Assembly (NCBI RefSeq): GCF_001194135.2
Contig: NC_068998.1
Location: forward strand, 49,602,259 to 49,666,258
Direction: 5' to 3'
DNA from: Octopus bimaculoides
Lineage: Eukaryota
DNA: 64,000 nt
The notes beneath the pieces were generated by a model, which ran no database searches, had not been told where the DNA came from, and was given only the letters and a program-made list of their open reading frames with translations. A program made the position numbers and the translations under genes. Positions 43,501 through 55,535 of this stretch are shown here, piece by piece. How positions within the stretch are numbered: position 1 is the first letter of the stretch; the number at the start of each line of letters is the position of its first letter.

Positions 43501-46500
43501 TGTAATATAAAAATCTTGGACGAATAAAAGAGAAAGTCGATGGATTTTGAAATGAGAGCACAAAGAACTTCGCAGGGTGTCCTCCCTCGTTCTAAGGATC
43601 CTGTTAATCCCCTGCCTTCATGTTAAACAATAAACAAAAATCGTTACAATACTAAATGACAGAAAATAAAATTTGATTTTTACAATGAAATCAAGCAAAA
43701 GCCCTAAACAAATGAGTAACTCAAAATTTATCTTAAGTCTTAAACCGTAGATCATATATCGTATCTCCAATCCCCAAAATGTATGCTTAATTCATTTTTT
43801 TACCTTAAACCGATCCCTAATTCAGAACGCATATGCCTAAGTCTGAACATTAAGGCTAAACCCTATATATAACTCAATCACTAATCCGAAGGAGTAAACC
43901 TAATCATATCTCATACATCAAGATGTTTCAATTGATTACTCAGGAGACAACTATCTACATCTACAAGATTGGATACTAAAAGTACATAAATCTAATAAAT
44001 TCAAATTGAATTTAATTGTTTTATTAATTTCTAAAACAATGTTTTTTTTATTTGTGTCATTGTCATGTAAAACAACGTGTGTGTGTGTGCAGAAATGTTC
44101 TATGGAGTCTTTTAGAATATATAATGGGGGCAAGGTTCTGAGTATTGTGTGATAAAATAAATTTATCTTGCATATTTTCTCATTCACGAAGGCAAAAATA
44201 TAACTATTGGGATATTCGCTTAATAAATGTAATAGGCTCCGGGTGAGGTGTATTAACTGGAAGATGGGCAACAAGACGTATCACACAAATAAATAAACAT
44301 CAAAATCTTATGTTAATATTTGTTTCCGTTATAAAGTGTAATAACTACTGAGTCACGTTTCTTTAATGTAGATCATCGATCTATTCTAGCACATGCTAGT
44401 ATGTGAACTAGTATATGTCCGATCATCGTTCTAATGTGTTCGTTTTGGGTATATCTTTGAAAAGAAAATATCATACGTTATTATATATCATTGGATAATT
44501 TTTACATCGGGGATGAAAAGAAAATGTTTTTTATTCGAATGAAAATACACTCTTCATCTTGCGTAAATCCACTTATCACTGTCGACGTTGGAAATATGGC
44601 AAACCACTGATCCACTTTTTACATCTTCATCAGGAACGTTACTAATGTTCCTCATGAAAAATATGAAATGACAATAAAGTTTGGCAAATTTAACGGGCAT
44701 TTGTGTGAGAGAAACTGAATAGCGTTGTTTCTGTGCTAGAAATCAGGCATTTTATTTTTCGATCTGCACGTCTATACCTATATTGTGCGGGGAGAAACAA
44801 ATGTTTAACTATGGATCATTCATCACCTGAGTTTATGTTAACTCCTGTCAGTAATAGAAATAATGAGTTCCATAAGCAACAAAATATAAATAGGTTTTGA
44901 AGTGAAAGGGTTTGATTGAGGTATCGATCCTGTACTTGAATCTTTCATTTTTATATGAATTTAGATAACAGGGAAAGTAAATTTGACCTTGATAGAATTT
45001 GAGTCAGTAATGCAATTGAATTATTTCTGACTACAAATACAAGCTAATTTCAAAGTCACTATCATTATTTTTGTAGTAAATGTAGAGAATATGCGGTACG
45101 CTACTTCGACTATCATATTACTAGTGGTACTGCAATTAGTAATTGACATTTCCTGTTGTATACTAATTTATAAGTACAATTTCATATCTAAATGAATGAA
45201 TGCTTACATGTTTATACACATTACTTTCTCACTCTCTCTCTCGCTCTCTTTCTCTCTCTCTTACACGCAAACACATGCACGCATGCAAATATACACTCAC
45301 AAACACATGCACACATGCACAGGTAAACACATATGCACGCATATATACTTTGATTATTAAAATTAATAGTACCAGTAAATTCACACAAACCTGTAATAGT
45401 TAGCAATGGAAATGCCTGCATACTGTGATTTAGCGCAATTTTCTTGTGTCATAAGGAAGCAATCTGCGATTGATATCGCGTCACCTAAAGCTTCGAAATA
45501 CACATTTAAATTATAAAATCAAATAGAAGATACTGCATACTTCTTATTCCATAAAGTATAAAGTAAGATATAACTATTATATGAAAAGAGCGTTGAGCCT
45601 TCCGACGGCGCCAAGAAAAATACATTAGTTTTCTTTTCTTTTTATGTACGTTGCTTTTTATTTTAACTGCTAAATATTATGTTGCTTATATTTAGCAATA
45701 TTATTATGCAAATATATATATATTTATTTTTGCGTGTTAAATTTCTAATTTTCTTTCACTGACATAAAGATTAATGCTTGTGATCATAAATCACTTCAGC
45801 AGTAATAGCTTCTTTGATTCTTGTTGTTTAATTTTTGGGTGTTGATGCGATACATTATTTGAAAAGCAGCAGACAATGGAATTTATATTCTAATGTCAGA
45901 ATGTTATATTGCTTTTGGTTTTAATCTACAATATATTTTATACACATATGTAATTAGAAAACACAGGGTTACAAACTTGCCTTTTGGGAGATATTTTTTA
46001 CAAAATGTGCCTACATATCAGTAAAAACTAGAGCAGAAACTTATGCTTATTTGGTCAATATTCTTCAGTTTATCCTAATTTCGTCCGGCTCAAAGCATAC
46101 AAGGTTTGACATGCAGCAAAAAAAATTTTTTTCTGTCAAGACAATGGTAATATTATAATTTGAATATCGCTCTTCTCCAATCCACTAAAAATTTTGATTG
46201 GCGTTATCTTGCAATAACAATACCTGTCATTAAATTGACACTTCATTTAACTTCTCTTAATGTATTCTGCATCGTTTTCGCCTTTGTAGACATAACCTGT
46301 CAATGTTTGTAATAATAGGAATCGCACAGAAAACCTCTCAGTTAATTACAGCTACATTATACACGTTCAATATCACTTTCATTTGTATGCATCGAAGAAG
46401 ATTTAATGGATTCATATACACATATTCCATATAAGTTAGCTACATGCAAATTTTAATTCTAAATCCCAAAGCAGGGATCCTTCGTACTATTCAGTACCGG

Positions 46501-46657
46501 CCACTTAGGTAGTTGGTACAGCTTTGAATTGCATAACTGGGTGTTAGACCTTCGTGTATCTTCAATTAGCTCATCTGCTGCTCACAGTAGCTCATCTGTT
46601 GTACTGTCACAATGTGAGTGCGTATAAATTCTACATATATGGTATCCGTGTATTGAA

Positions 46658-46701
<44 letters not shown>

Positions 46702-47119
46702 TTGGGGCTATATGTATAAATACATATATGTGTGTGTGTGTGTGCGTTAATGTTGTGTGCGCGCATGTATGCCTATATGCATGCGTGCCAATGGTTAAGC
46801 ATAAACAGGTACAGAAATTATCAGGTGAAATATAACACCTACTTATATTCATTCGCGAAACCCTACAAAATGACATTACGAATATGTTGACATACCCAAT
46901 TAATGAGTTTCTAAAGAACTGGACTAGACTTCGAAAACTTCATTTTACATTATTAAAGCAAAAGCTACAATTTAAACAAGAAGTAATAGTACTAACCTAT
47001 CCTATACCTACCTACTTACCAAAACGTTTTCATCAGCTTACACAGCTCTACATACCTGAATAAATACTAAGGAATAACATTAGTCCAAATTTAATTAATA
47101 TAAGTTTGAACCTTTTTAT

Positions 47120-48741
47120 TTACATATGTGCAAGTAATATAATCACAGCTGCAGCCAAAAATATCCGATAGAAAATTATCTGTAACAGAATTGAAAAATT
47201 TATATTAAGACGTCGGCATTAATAACTGTTTTGTGTAAATCAAGTAGTAATATTCAATATATGAAATTCATTATGGCATATCCATAAAATATTTCCATTA
47301 TTATAGTAAATGATATTATAATTGATATAAAATTAATGTGGGATGTAGAATATGAAATATTTAGTATATATAGTAGAATGAAAAGTTCCGCAACCACAGG
47401 ATGATATAGATCAGATACAATGCTTAAATAGTCTTCACTATTAATTCTGCGATGAAGAGAAACCATTGGGCCGACGGATTTCCAAGATATAGCCCCCCCC
47501 CCCCAGATCGTCACAGACCCTCCTCCATGTTTAACAGTTAGAAGAAGTCAATCTGTATGAAATGCTACAATTTCTGTGTTACTCTTGCAGGAATGAACAA
47601 ACGTTTCCAACTAATCTGAGTTATATGGAAACGAGGGCATACAGGTTTCGGATATTGCTGAGAGATACGTAGTATAATTTTCAACATAGTAATATCATAA
47701 TGGCGTTACATACCTCATCACGGTTGCTAGATATATGAGAATTTTTCTGAAAACAAGGAAATGAAATATTGTAATATTGAAAGGCAAATTATAAAATTAG
47801 TGTAGTTTTATCAATATTTTTACATTAAATAAATCCAAATTAGCAAACAATCACCTTTATCAAAGAATGTCGAATAAAAAATGTACCTCTGAAACGTTCA
47901 CTGTGAGCGGAGATGATTAAGTTAAAGAACGAAATAGTTTATGTCGCAGACTTGTATCTTATTTTACCATTAGGACCGTTTTGCCTCATGTATTACGTCG
48001 AATAATTCGTTAGGAATAATGTAGAGTTAATGAATAACACATATAAGACGGTGTTTTTTATTGCTCTATTGTTATTACAAAGTTGATTGTATAACGATTT
48101 ATACTTATTTGATATGAAATATGGCAAAAGTAATTCGTAAAATCATTATTATAGACTTATTATTAGATTGGCGGCCTTGATATAAGTTGATAAATAAGAA
48201 CACTTTATATAAGCAAATTCATTGGTACTCTGATATTTATACCAAAGAACACGGCGAGGTGGCTAAAGCGTCAACACACCGGGCGAAATGCTTAGTGGTA
48301 TTTCGTCTGTCTTTACGTTCTGAGTTCAAATTTCGCCGAGGTCGACTTTGCTTTTCATCCTTCCGGTTCGATAAACTAAGTACCAGTTGCGTACTGGGGT
48401 CCATCTAATCGACTACCCCCCCCCCAAAAAAAAAAAAAATTTCGGGCCTTGTGCTTATAGCACAAAAGAATATTTCTATCAACGAGAAAATCAATATATC
48501 TTACCACGCATAAATGGTAATGGACGAACCTGAAGTATCCAGTACAATAGTCGTTTACTTCCTTAAAACAATAGGGAAGTTCTCTGTAGGTTCTGTAAGT
48601 AAAAAACTGATCGCTATATTTAATATGGAAACTATACATTCGAATTATTTCGCACTATTTAGAAATGCGCCTTCGATTTCAAATATGGTTAAATTTTGAT
48701 GAATGGAAAATGCGTAAGTATATGTAGGTGTGTATATCTCA

Positions 48742-48827
<86 letters not shown>

Positions 48828-49608
48828 NNNNNNNNNNNNNNNNNNNNNNNNNNNNNNNNNNNNNNNNNNNNNNNNNNNNNNNNNNNNNNNNNNNNNNNNN
48901 NNNNNNNNNNNNNNNNNNNNNNNNNNNNNNNNNNNNNNNNNNNNNNNNNNNNNNNNNNNNNNNNNNNNNNNNNNNNNNNNNNNNNNNNNNNNNNNNNNNN
49001 NNNNNNNNNNNNNNNNNNNNNNNNNNNNNNNNNNNNNNNNNNNNNNNNNNNNNNNNNNNNNNNNNNNNNNNNNNNNNNNNNNNNNNNNNNNNNNNNNNNN
49101 NNNNNNNNNNNNNNNNNNNNNNNNNNNNNNNNNNNNNNNNNNNNNNNNNNNNNNNNNNNNNNNNNNNNNNNNNNNNNNNNNNNNNNNNNNNNNNNNNNNN
49201 NNNNNNNNNNNNNNNNNNNNNNNNNNNNNNNNNNNNNNNNNNNNNNNNNNNNNNNNNNNNNNNNNNNNNNNNNNNNNNNNNNNNNNNNNNNNNNNNNNNN
49301 NNNNNNNNNNNNNNNNNNNNNNNNNNNNNNNNNNNNNNNNNNNNNNNNNNNNNNNNNNNNNNNNNNNNNNNNNNNNNNNNNNNNNNNNNNNNNNNNNNNN
49401 NNNNNNNNNNNNNNNNNNNNNNNNNNNNNNNNNNNNNNNNNNNNNNNNNNNNNNNNNNNNNNNNNNNNNNNNNNNNNNNNNNNNNNNNNNNNNNNNNNNN
49501 NNNNNNNNTTGTAGTAATAGTAGTAGTAGCAGCAGCAGCAGCAGCAGTGGTAGTAGTAGTAGTAGTAGTAGCAGCAGCAGCAGCAGCAGCAGTAGTAGCA
49601 GCAGCAAC

Positions 49609-49646
<38 letters not shown>

Positions 49647-52600
49647 CAGCAGCAGCAGCAGCAGCAGTAGCAGCAACAGCAGCAAAAACAGCAGCAGCAG
49701 AAACAGCAGCAGCAGAAACAGCAGCAGCAGAAACAGCAGAAACAGCAGCAGCAGAAACAGCAGCAGCAGTAAGGTTACATACGTACCTGCAGAAGCGAGA
49801 ACCCGGTTTGTTTGAAAGAGAAAACGGCACTTGACAAAGTGCATTCGCCATATATTTACAATTATAATAGCCTGCACCACCTAGAAGTGAAATATATCTG
49901 TTATTGTTTTTCAGATTCTCATATCAGACAGAGAATAAGTTACTCGTACATCCAGAAGTATTATCATGGGATACTATTGTATGTACCACACTATATACCA
50001 TAACATATAGCTTATAACATATGCAATGCAATTTAATTCCCCAGATAACGTAATCTCCCATGATTGTATTATATTGAATATTAGAAGGTAAGTTTATAAC
50101 GGATACGGCACCAAAATTAATTTCCACCATCAAAGTTCAAATACTGCATCTCTAAACATTAGTTTCGAAAATACTTAAATGCATGGGTTATCCTAAGCAT
50201 ACATGATACCCTCAGGTCTAATCTATTATTAATCAGGTTACTCTTGTCCATATACTTAACAATATTATGAATTTCCAGCTCACACCCATATTGACTATTA
50301 CAATAAGATTGTGTTCTCGGTATTATATCCCATTTAAACCTTAAATGGGATATAATTAAAGTAATTAATTAAGTACATGAATGAATATTAAACTGATTCT
50401 ATGTAAGCTTTCCATTTTAATGTTTATAATTGATATATACACACATTTAACCTATTATGGTTATATAATTTTTGAAAATCTTAAATTTTATTTTTGATAC
50501 AACATAACAATATTGTTTATAAACAATCGCCCATAGTGCTCCAAAATAAAATTTCCTTTGTATTAACATCTTAGCTTTGTTATCGTCTAGCTCCTTTAAC
50601 TGGTAATTAACATCATGATTTAAAGTCTTCCCCTACTCAGCCTCTTTTTATAGACAGTCGCTTTATAGCCAATTGACTACTCCTAATGTCTTCTTTCTTC
50701 CCTGAGGAAATGTGATACATATGACAATATTTATGAATGTATTCGATGACAGCCCGTAGATCTGACTGAAGGCATGCCCGGTCACCCACTTCATTGATGA
50801 CCTTCTGGAACTTGAAATCATCTGCAAAGATTCTTATGTTATGGTACTTGATTATGTCAATAATGTCACTGATGTAAATGATGAAAAGAAGCGGGTCCAC
50901 AACAGTGCCTTGTGGAACACCATTACTGACTTTGGCTGGGCTTGATTTTACTCCGACCACAGGGTGTTGGGTTCTGCCTGTCAGGAAACACTTGATTCAT
51001 TGTACTATCTTTCCAGGGACACCATTGTTGGATAGTGTTTTAAAGAGGAAAAGGTCTTGCTGTCAAAGGTCCTGCTGAAATCAAGGTAGATGTCAGTATT
51101 CGAGGCCTCTCCCGAAGCACTCAAAATGCCATGAAAGTGATGCAGGAGCTGCGTTAGGCAGTTCCTTCCATTACAGAACCCATATTTGTTGGAGTTTAGG
51201 AGTTTGTTGTTTTCAAGAAAGTGGGTTATCCGTGATCTCACTACCCTCTCAAATATGAGAGGTGAGCGACATCGGTCGGTAGATCACTGCAATTGACAGC
51301 TTTCCTTTTTGAAAACTGGGACAACAGACTGGGAAATAAAGTTTTCAGGAATACATACAAACATATAATTGTATTAAGTTTTCCATATCTGCTTATATAT
51401 GTAGGTATATATGTGTGTGCGTGTGCCTAGTATGGGCGCGTTTGTAAGTGGAAAATATTAGTTTAAATAATTAGGAGGATTTAACGAATTTTGCAATTTG
51501 ATTTATCAACAATTGAAATCTTGAGTAGCGTGTGACGACATTATCACGTTTCTGTTTCCCACATTCAACTTGTCTTCTGGGGCCATCAAGTATTCTTTTT
51601 TGGTAGATGCATATTTCTACGTATATTCAAACCATGATCCGAATTCAAAGCTTGGAGAATATTGAAGAATGTTTGTATGAATAAAGTTTAGAATATATAA
51701 AAAAAATATGATCGATTCTGTTTGTTAATTCAACAATGCAGAATTCGAATGTAAAATCGGCTGTAACGACAGATATCTTTCTAAATCTACAGGTTTAATT
51801 TTTAAAAATAAACAAAGCGGTGTATGTTATTCGAGGACTCCGTTATATTACATATCCTTGTAGCGTTGTGGCTAATATTGTAGATGTACATTATCTCATA
51901 TCTAAAATGATAATATCGGTAATTTTTTATTGTGTCATTGTACTACAAACTCTGAAGAATTGCATGTTTTCGACTTAATGTTGACACCGTGTAATGTTCA
52001 AATAATATTTTTGTAATAGCTGATGAGTTAAATACATATTTAATACATTTAGCTATATGAAGGTGCATAAACTATCTTAATGATGTCATATGCTCTTCCG
52101 TTAGATTTTCTGGAACTTATGTTGTTCGAACTCTGTAATGACCATTTGAAACAAAAATTCTTTTGTCTTAAACCTTTATAGAATTCTGAGAGATTTGGAA
52201 TTTCCTATTTTGATATGTTCTTCAAAACTCTATTACAGTTTTAGTCTGGGCGAAAATGCATCGCTGTTCGTAGACACAGACCTTTTCGTACGTTTGACTA
52301 TCACACCTAAGATATAAATATTTCTTAAAATCTTACTTTAGTTAAAAGTACAGAAATACTATTATAATAAAAGCCAAGTAATTTTAGGATAATAAAAAGC
52401 CTAGTATTGATATTATAACCATTTTATTAAGTCTAAAACATATATTAGCGGTTAAGAAGACTTCGTTACTGAATTCTGTGAATGATGAAATAAATAAAAA
52501 TATGAAAGCAAAAACGTCCTGATTATGAAATGCATACCATAACGAACTTCCTGAAGTAAACATGATAAACTATTTAGCCAAAAAAACAACAACAAAAAAA

Positions 52601-53222
52601 CAACAACTCAAGCATCTAACACTTTAACAGTCAAAGACGATTAATGTGCCTCATGCACAAGTAAAGGGAAGAGCAGTTATAGCAATATATTCATTATAGA
52701 AATTCACAAATGAAGACCAACGTTTATAAAAAATAATTAAAACAGAAACGGTGTAATAAAACTAAGGAAAGAAAAATATTAATAAAATGTGTGTCTAATT
52801 TATTTTCAAAAATGAATACTTTGAGGAATAATGAGTCGGATTTGATCAGATTGGTGTCCATTGTTCCATTTAGATATGGTAAGAGAAATAGGGTCCGATA
52901 AAATAGGAACCACACGGAAATTTTATTTGAGTGCCTATGTATACATACTTGCACGCATACATCTATAGATGAATACACACACATACACATACATATGCAT
53001 ATATATACATACAAAGATATGTAGTACATATATATACACACACAGATATGTAGCTATGTATGTGTGTGTGTGTATAAGAAAATGAGATGGCACCTATGTA
53101 TAGATAACTGAGTGAGGCTTAGCATTGTATTAATGTTACATAGAGACATATTAGTGTTGATGCAGAAATATGAGTATAAACTTACCAACAATAAAGAAAG
53201 GAAAAAGTATTAAAAGTTTCAT
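47120..53222 (-). CDS. G6: 103-aa six-Cys paralog, 5 coding exons including a 33-nt micro-exon
   Basis: Exons 53186-53222, 49787-49880, 48505-48592, 47714-47746 and 47120-47179 (37+94+88+33+60=312), phases 1/2/0/0. Protein: MKLLILFPFFIVGGAGYYNCKYMANALCQVPFSLSNKPGSRFCRTYRELPYCFKEVNDYCTGYFRFVHYHLCVKNSHISSNRDEIIFYRIFLAAAVIILLAHM*. Exons 1, 3, 4 and 5 have same-size counterparts in G7. Confidence 0.85.
47385..47625 (-). mobile_element. Tc1-like transposase fragment in G6 intron 4
   Basis: ...TVKHGGGSVTIWGGGAISWKSVGPMVSLHRRINSEDYLSIVSDLYHPVVAELF is the characteristic TVKHGGGSVMxWG segment of Tc1 DDE transposases. Confidence 0.8.
49509..49770. repeat. Compound (TAG)n/(CAG)n repeat with 15-nt GCAGCAGCAGAAACA higher-order units, just 3' of G6 exon 2
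   Basis: Directly visible; it generates the poly-S/A/V/L/T ORFs in the track. Confidence 0.95.
50720..51345 (-). pseudogene. CR1/L2-type LINE reverse transcriptase fragment in G6 intron 1
   Basis: Frameshifted RT motifs: NKYGFCNGRNCLTQL...IYLDFSRTFD and VSNGVPQGTVVDPLLFIIYISD...RIFADDFK...LQSDL. Confidence 0.88.
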
Positions 53223-53400
53223 GGTGGATATTCATGATCAAATCAACTACTGTTTTATAACAACTTACTCGTGATTATGTCATATATATAATTTAAAGTT
53301 GTGTAACACATGTTCTTCCATACTGTGTTCAGACATCAGGAATTAATTAAGATGGCATGTTCAAGCAATTTCCCACATAAAATTGATGTATGTTTCCATT
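53223..53400 (-). promoter_or_regulatory. Conserved proximal promoter/5' UTR block of G6 (homologous to 59335-59530 upstream of G7)
   Basis: TATATA-TGAC 60-68 nt upstream of the ATG in both genes, plus shared blocks ccatactgtgttc and agatggcatgttcaa.caattt. Confidence 0.5.
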
Positions 53401-53509
53401 TCATATTTACATATTTTTATAAACACTCTGTAGGAACCAAAATTCTCTCCCTCTCATCTTTCTCTTCTCTCTCTTCTCTCTCTTATTATACACACACATA
53501 CGCACACAT

Positions 53510-53552
<43 letters not shown>

Positions 53553-53729
53553 AAACACATATATATGTACATATATGCATATCTCCCTACTGGCATCCTT
53601 ATTAACCCCTTGCTCTTGAAATTTATTTCCTCCTCTTACTATTCCTTAGCTGCATAATTCCCCATTCCCCCTCTGATACACTTAACCCTCCACAAAATTG
53701 TTCTATCTTTGAACTTCTTTCCTATAACA

Positions 53730-54567
53730 CAGTGGTTCTCAAACGTTTCAGGCTAACGCCCCTCCTGGCACGCAGGACGCATTCCTAGCGCCCCTCCCCA
53801 CCGCACCATAAATATAGACCTCTTCCTGCAGCAAATTCAAAACAACTGTATTTCAGAAATAAAACGTAAACCTAATTAACGCATTAATATATATATATAC
53901 AAAAAATATATATGCATGTATACACACATATATCTATATACTTTCATCTACATGTGTATATAGATGCATATCAGCGTACAGGACGTTAGAACAATGAACT
54001 ACAGACAACGGAACGAACACATAGGAAAACAGAAAGCATNNNNNNNNNNNNNNNNNNNNNNNNNNNNNNNNNNNNNNNNNNNNNNNNNNNNNNNNNNNNN
54101 NNNNNNNNNNNNNNNNNNNNNNNNNNNNNNNNNNNNNNNNNNNNNNNNNNNNNNNNNNNNNNNNNNNNNNNNNNNNNNNNNNNNNNNNNNNNNNNNNNNN
54201 NNNNNNNNNNNNNNNNNNNNNNNNNNNNNNNNNNNNNNNNNNNNNNNNNNNNNNNNNNNNNNNNNNNNNNNNNNNNNNNNNNNNNNNNNNNNNNNNNNNN
54301 NNNNNNNNNNNNNNNNNNNNNNNNNNNNNNNNNNNNNNNNNNNNNNNNNNNNNNNNNNNNNNNNNNNNNNNNNNNNNNNNNNNNNNNNNNNNNNNNNNNN
54401 NNNNNNNNNNNNNNNNNNNNNNNNNNNNNNNNNNNNNNNNNNNNNNNNNNNNNNNNNNNNNNNNNNNNNNNNNNNNNNNNNNNNNNNNNNNNNNNNNNNN
54501 NNNNNNNNTGGGTAAGAAGAAAGATAGATAGGTAGATAGAGGGATATATAGAAAGATAGAGGAAGAC

Positions 54568-54610
<43 letters not shown>

Positions 54611-54839
54611 GTCACGTCAGAATAATAAAGTACAGTCTTACTTGCAAAATGGACGTGTGCGTTCAATGATGTAATAATACAAAAAATATATATGCATGTA
54701 TACACACATATATGCATATACTTTCATCTACATGTGTATATAGATGCATATCAGGGTACAGGACGTTAGAACAATGAACTACAGACAACGGAACGAACAC
54801 ATAGGAAAACAGAAAGCATCCCGCCTTTGAGAACCTCTG
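53730..54839. mobile_element. Non-autonomous hAT (Charlie-like) element
   Basis: Terminal inverted repeats CAGTGGTTCTCAAA (53730) and TTTGAGAACCTCTG (ending 54839). No matching 8-bp TSD was recognised, and the interior is interrupted by a gap. Confidence 0.55.
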
Positions 54840-55535
54840 TAGTTTAACACCTTAAATAAAAGATCTCTTTCCTGAAGATGGAGGTCGTATCATCCCTCGG
54901 TCGAATCAAACTAGAAACCTCATTTTGGGCCACCACTACCTCAACAAATACCTGTTGGATTCGTAATACTTTTCTTCAACCCTCTTCATTCTCTATATCA
55001 TTTGTATTCGGTCTGAGGCGGACCTTTTTGTATGTAAACATATATGTCTTGTGTTTCATGTATTTCATATACGTTATATATTGATCTGTCTAACTTGCTT
55101 ATTCCTTACATTTACTTCTATACACACACACACACACACACACATGTATGTACTTCTTACGTTGCGTAGTTTTAATATTATGTCCAGTACGACTAAACCG
55201 TTTTATACATTTGCATGTTAAATGGTTTGCTTTGACTGCCTGCATTCATGTCATAGTAAACGAAATTAGATGTTAAATCTGTGTTGACGTTGCGGCGGTA
55301 AATTTGAATTTGTATTCCAATTAAAACGTAGACACTAGCATTGAGCATGCTGTAATAATAATGTATTACTGCTGAATAATAAAAAAAAAAAATTAAATTA
55401 CAAACCACATTGTTGCTCATAGAATTTTCCGTCTCAACGTCTTTTACATCAATACTTGAATTTTCGTCTTCTTATTTTATAAACATCTTACAAAATTGAA
55501 AGCAATAACAAGAGATAAGGGAACATGATTTTTAT

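Noticed and set aside
43730-43920. Degenerate CTAA(A/C)C telomere-like motifs
   Set aside because: Too degenerate and non-periodic to call; probably an old repeat remnant.
47020-47033. ATG AAA ACG TTT TG|gtaagt resembling a truncated signal exon
   Set aside because: Only 14 nt, wrong phase and no hydrophobic core; it lies about 90 nt past the G6 stop and is more likely 3' UTR sequence.
52230-52306. Candidate extra exon in G6 intron 1 (GVIVKRTKRSV..., furin-like RTKR)
   Set aside because: The long form ends in phase 2 and is incompatible with exon 2. Only a 15-nt phase 1-1 version fits, there is no convincing counterpart in G7, and the model works without it.
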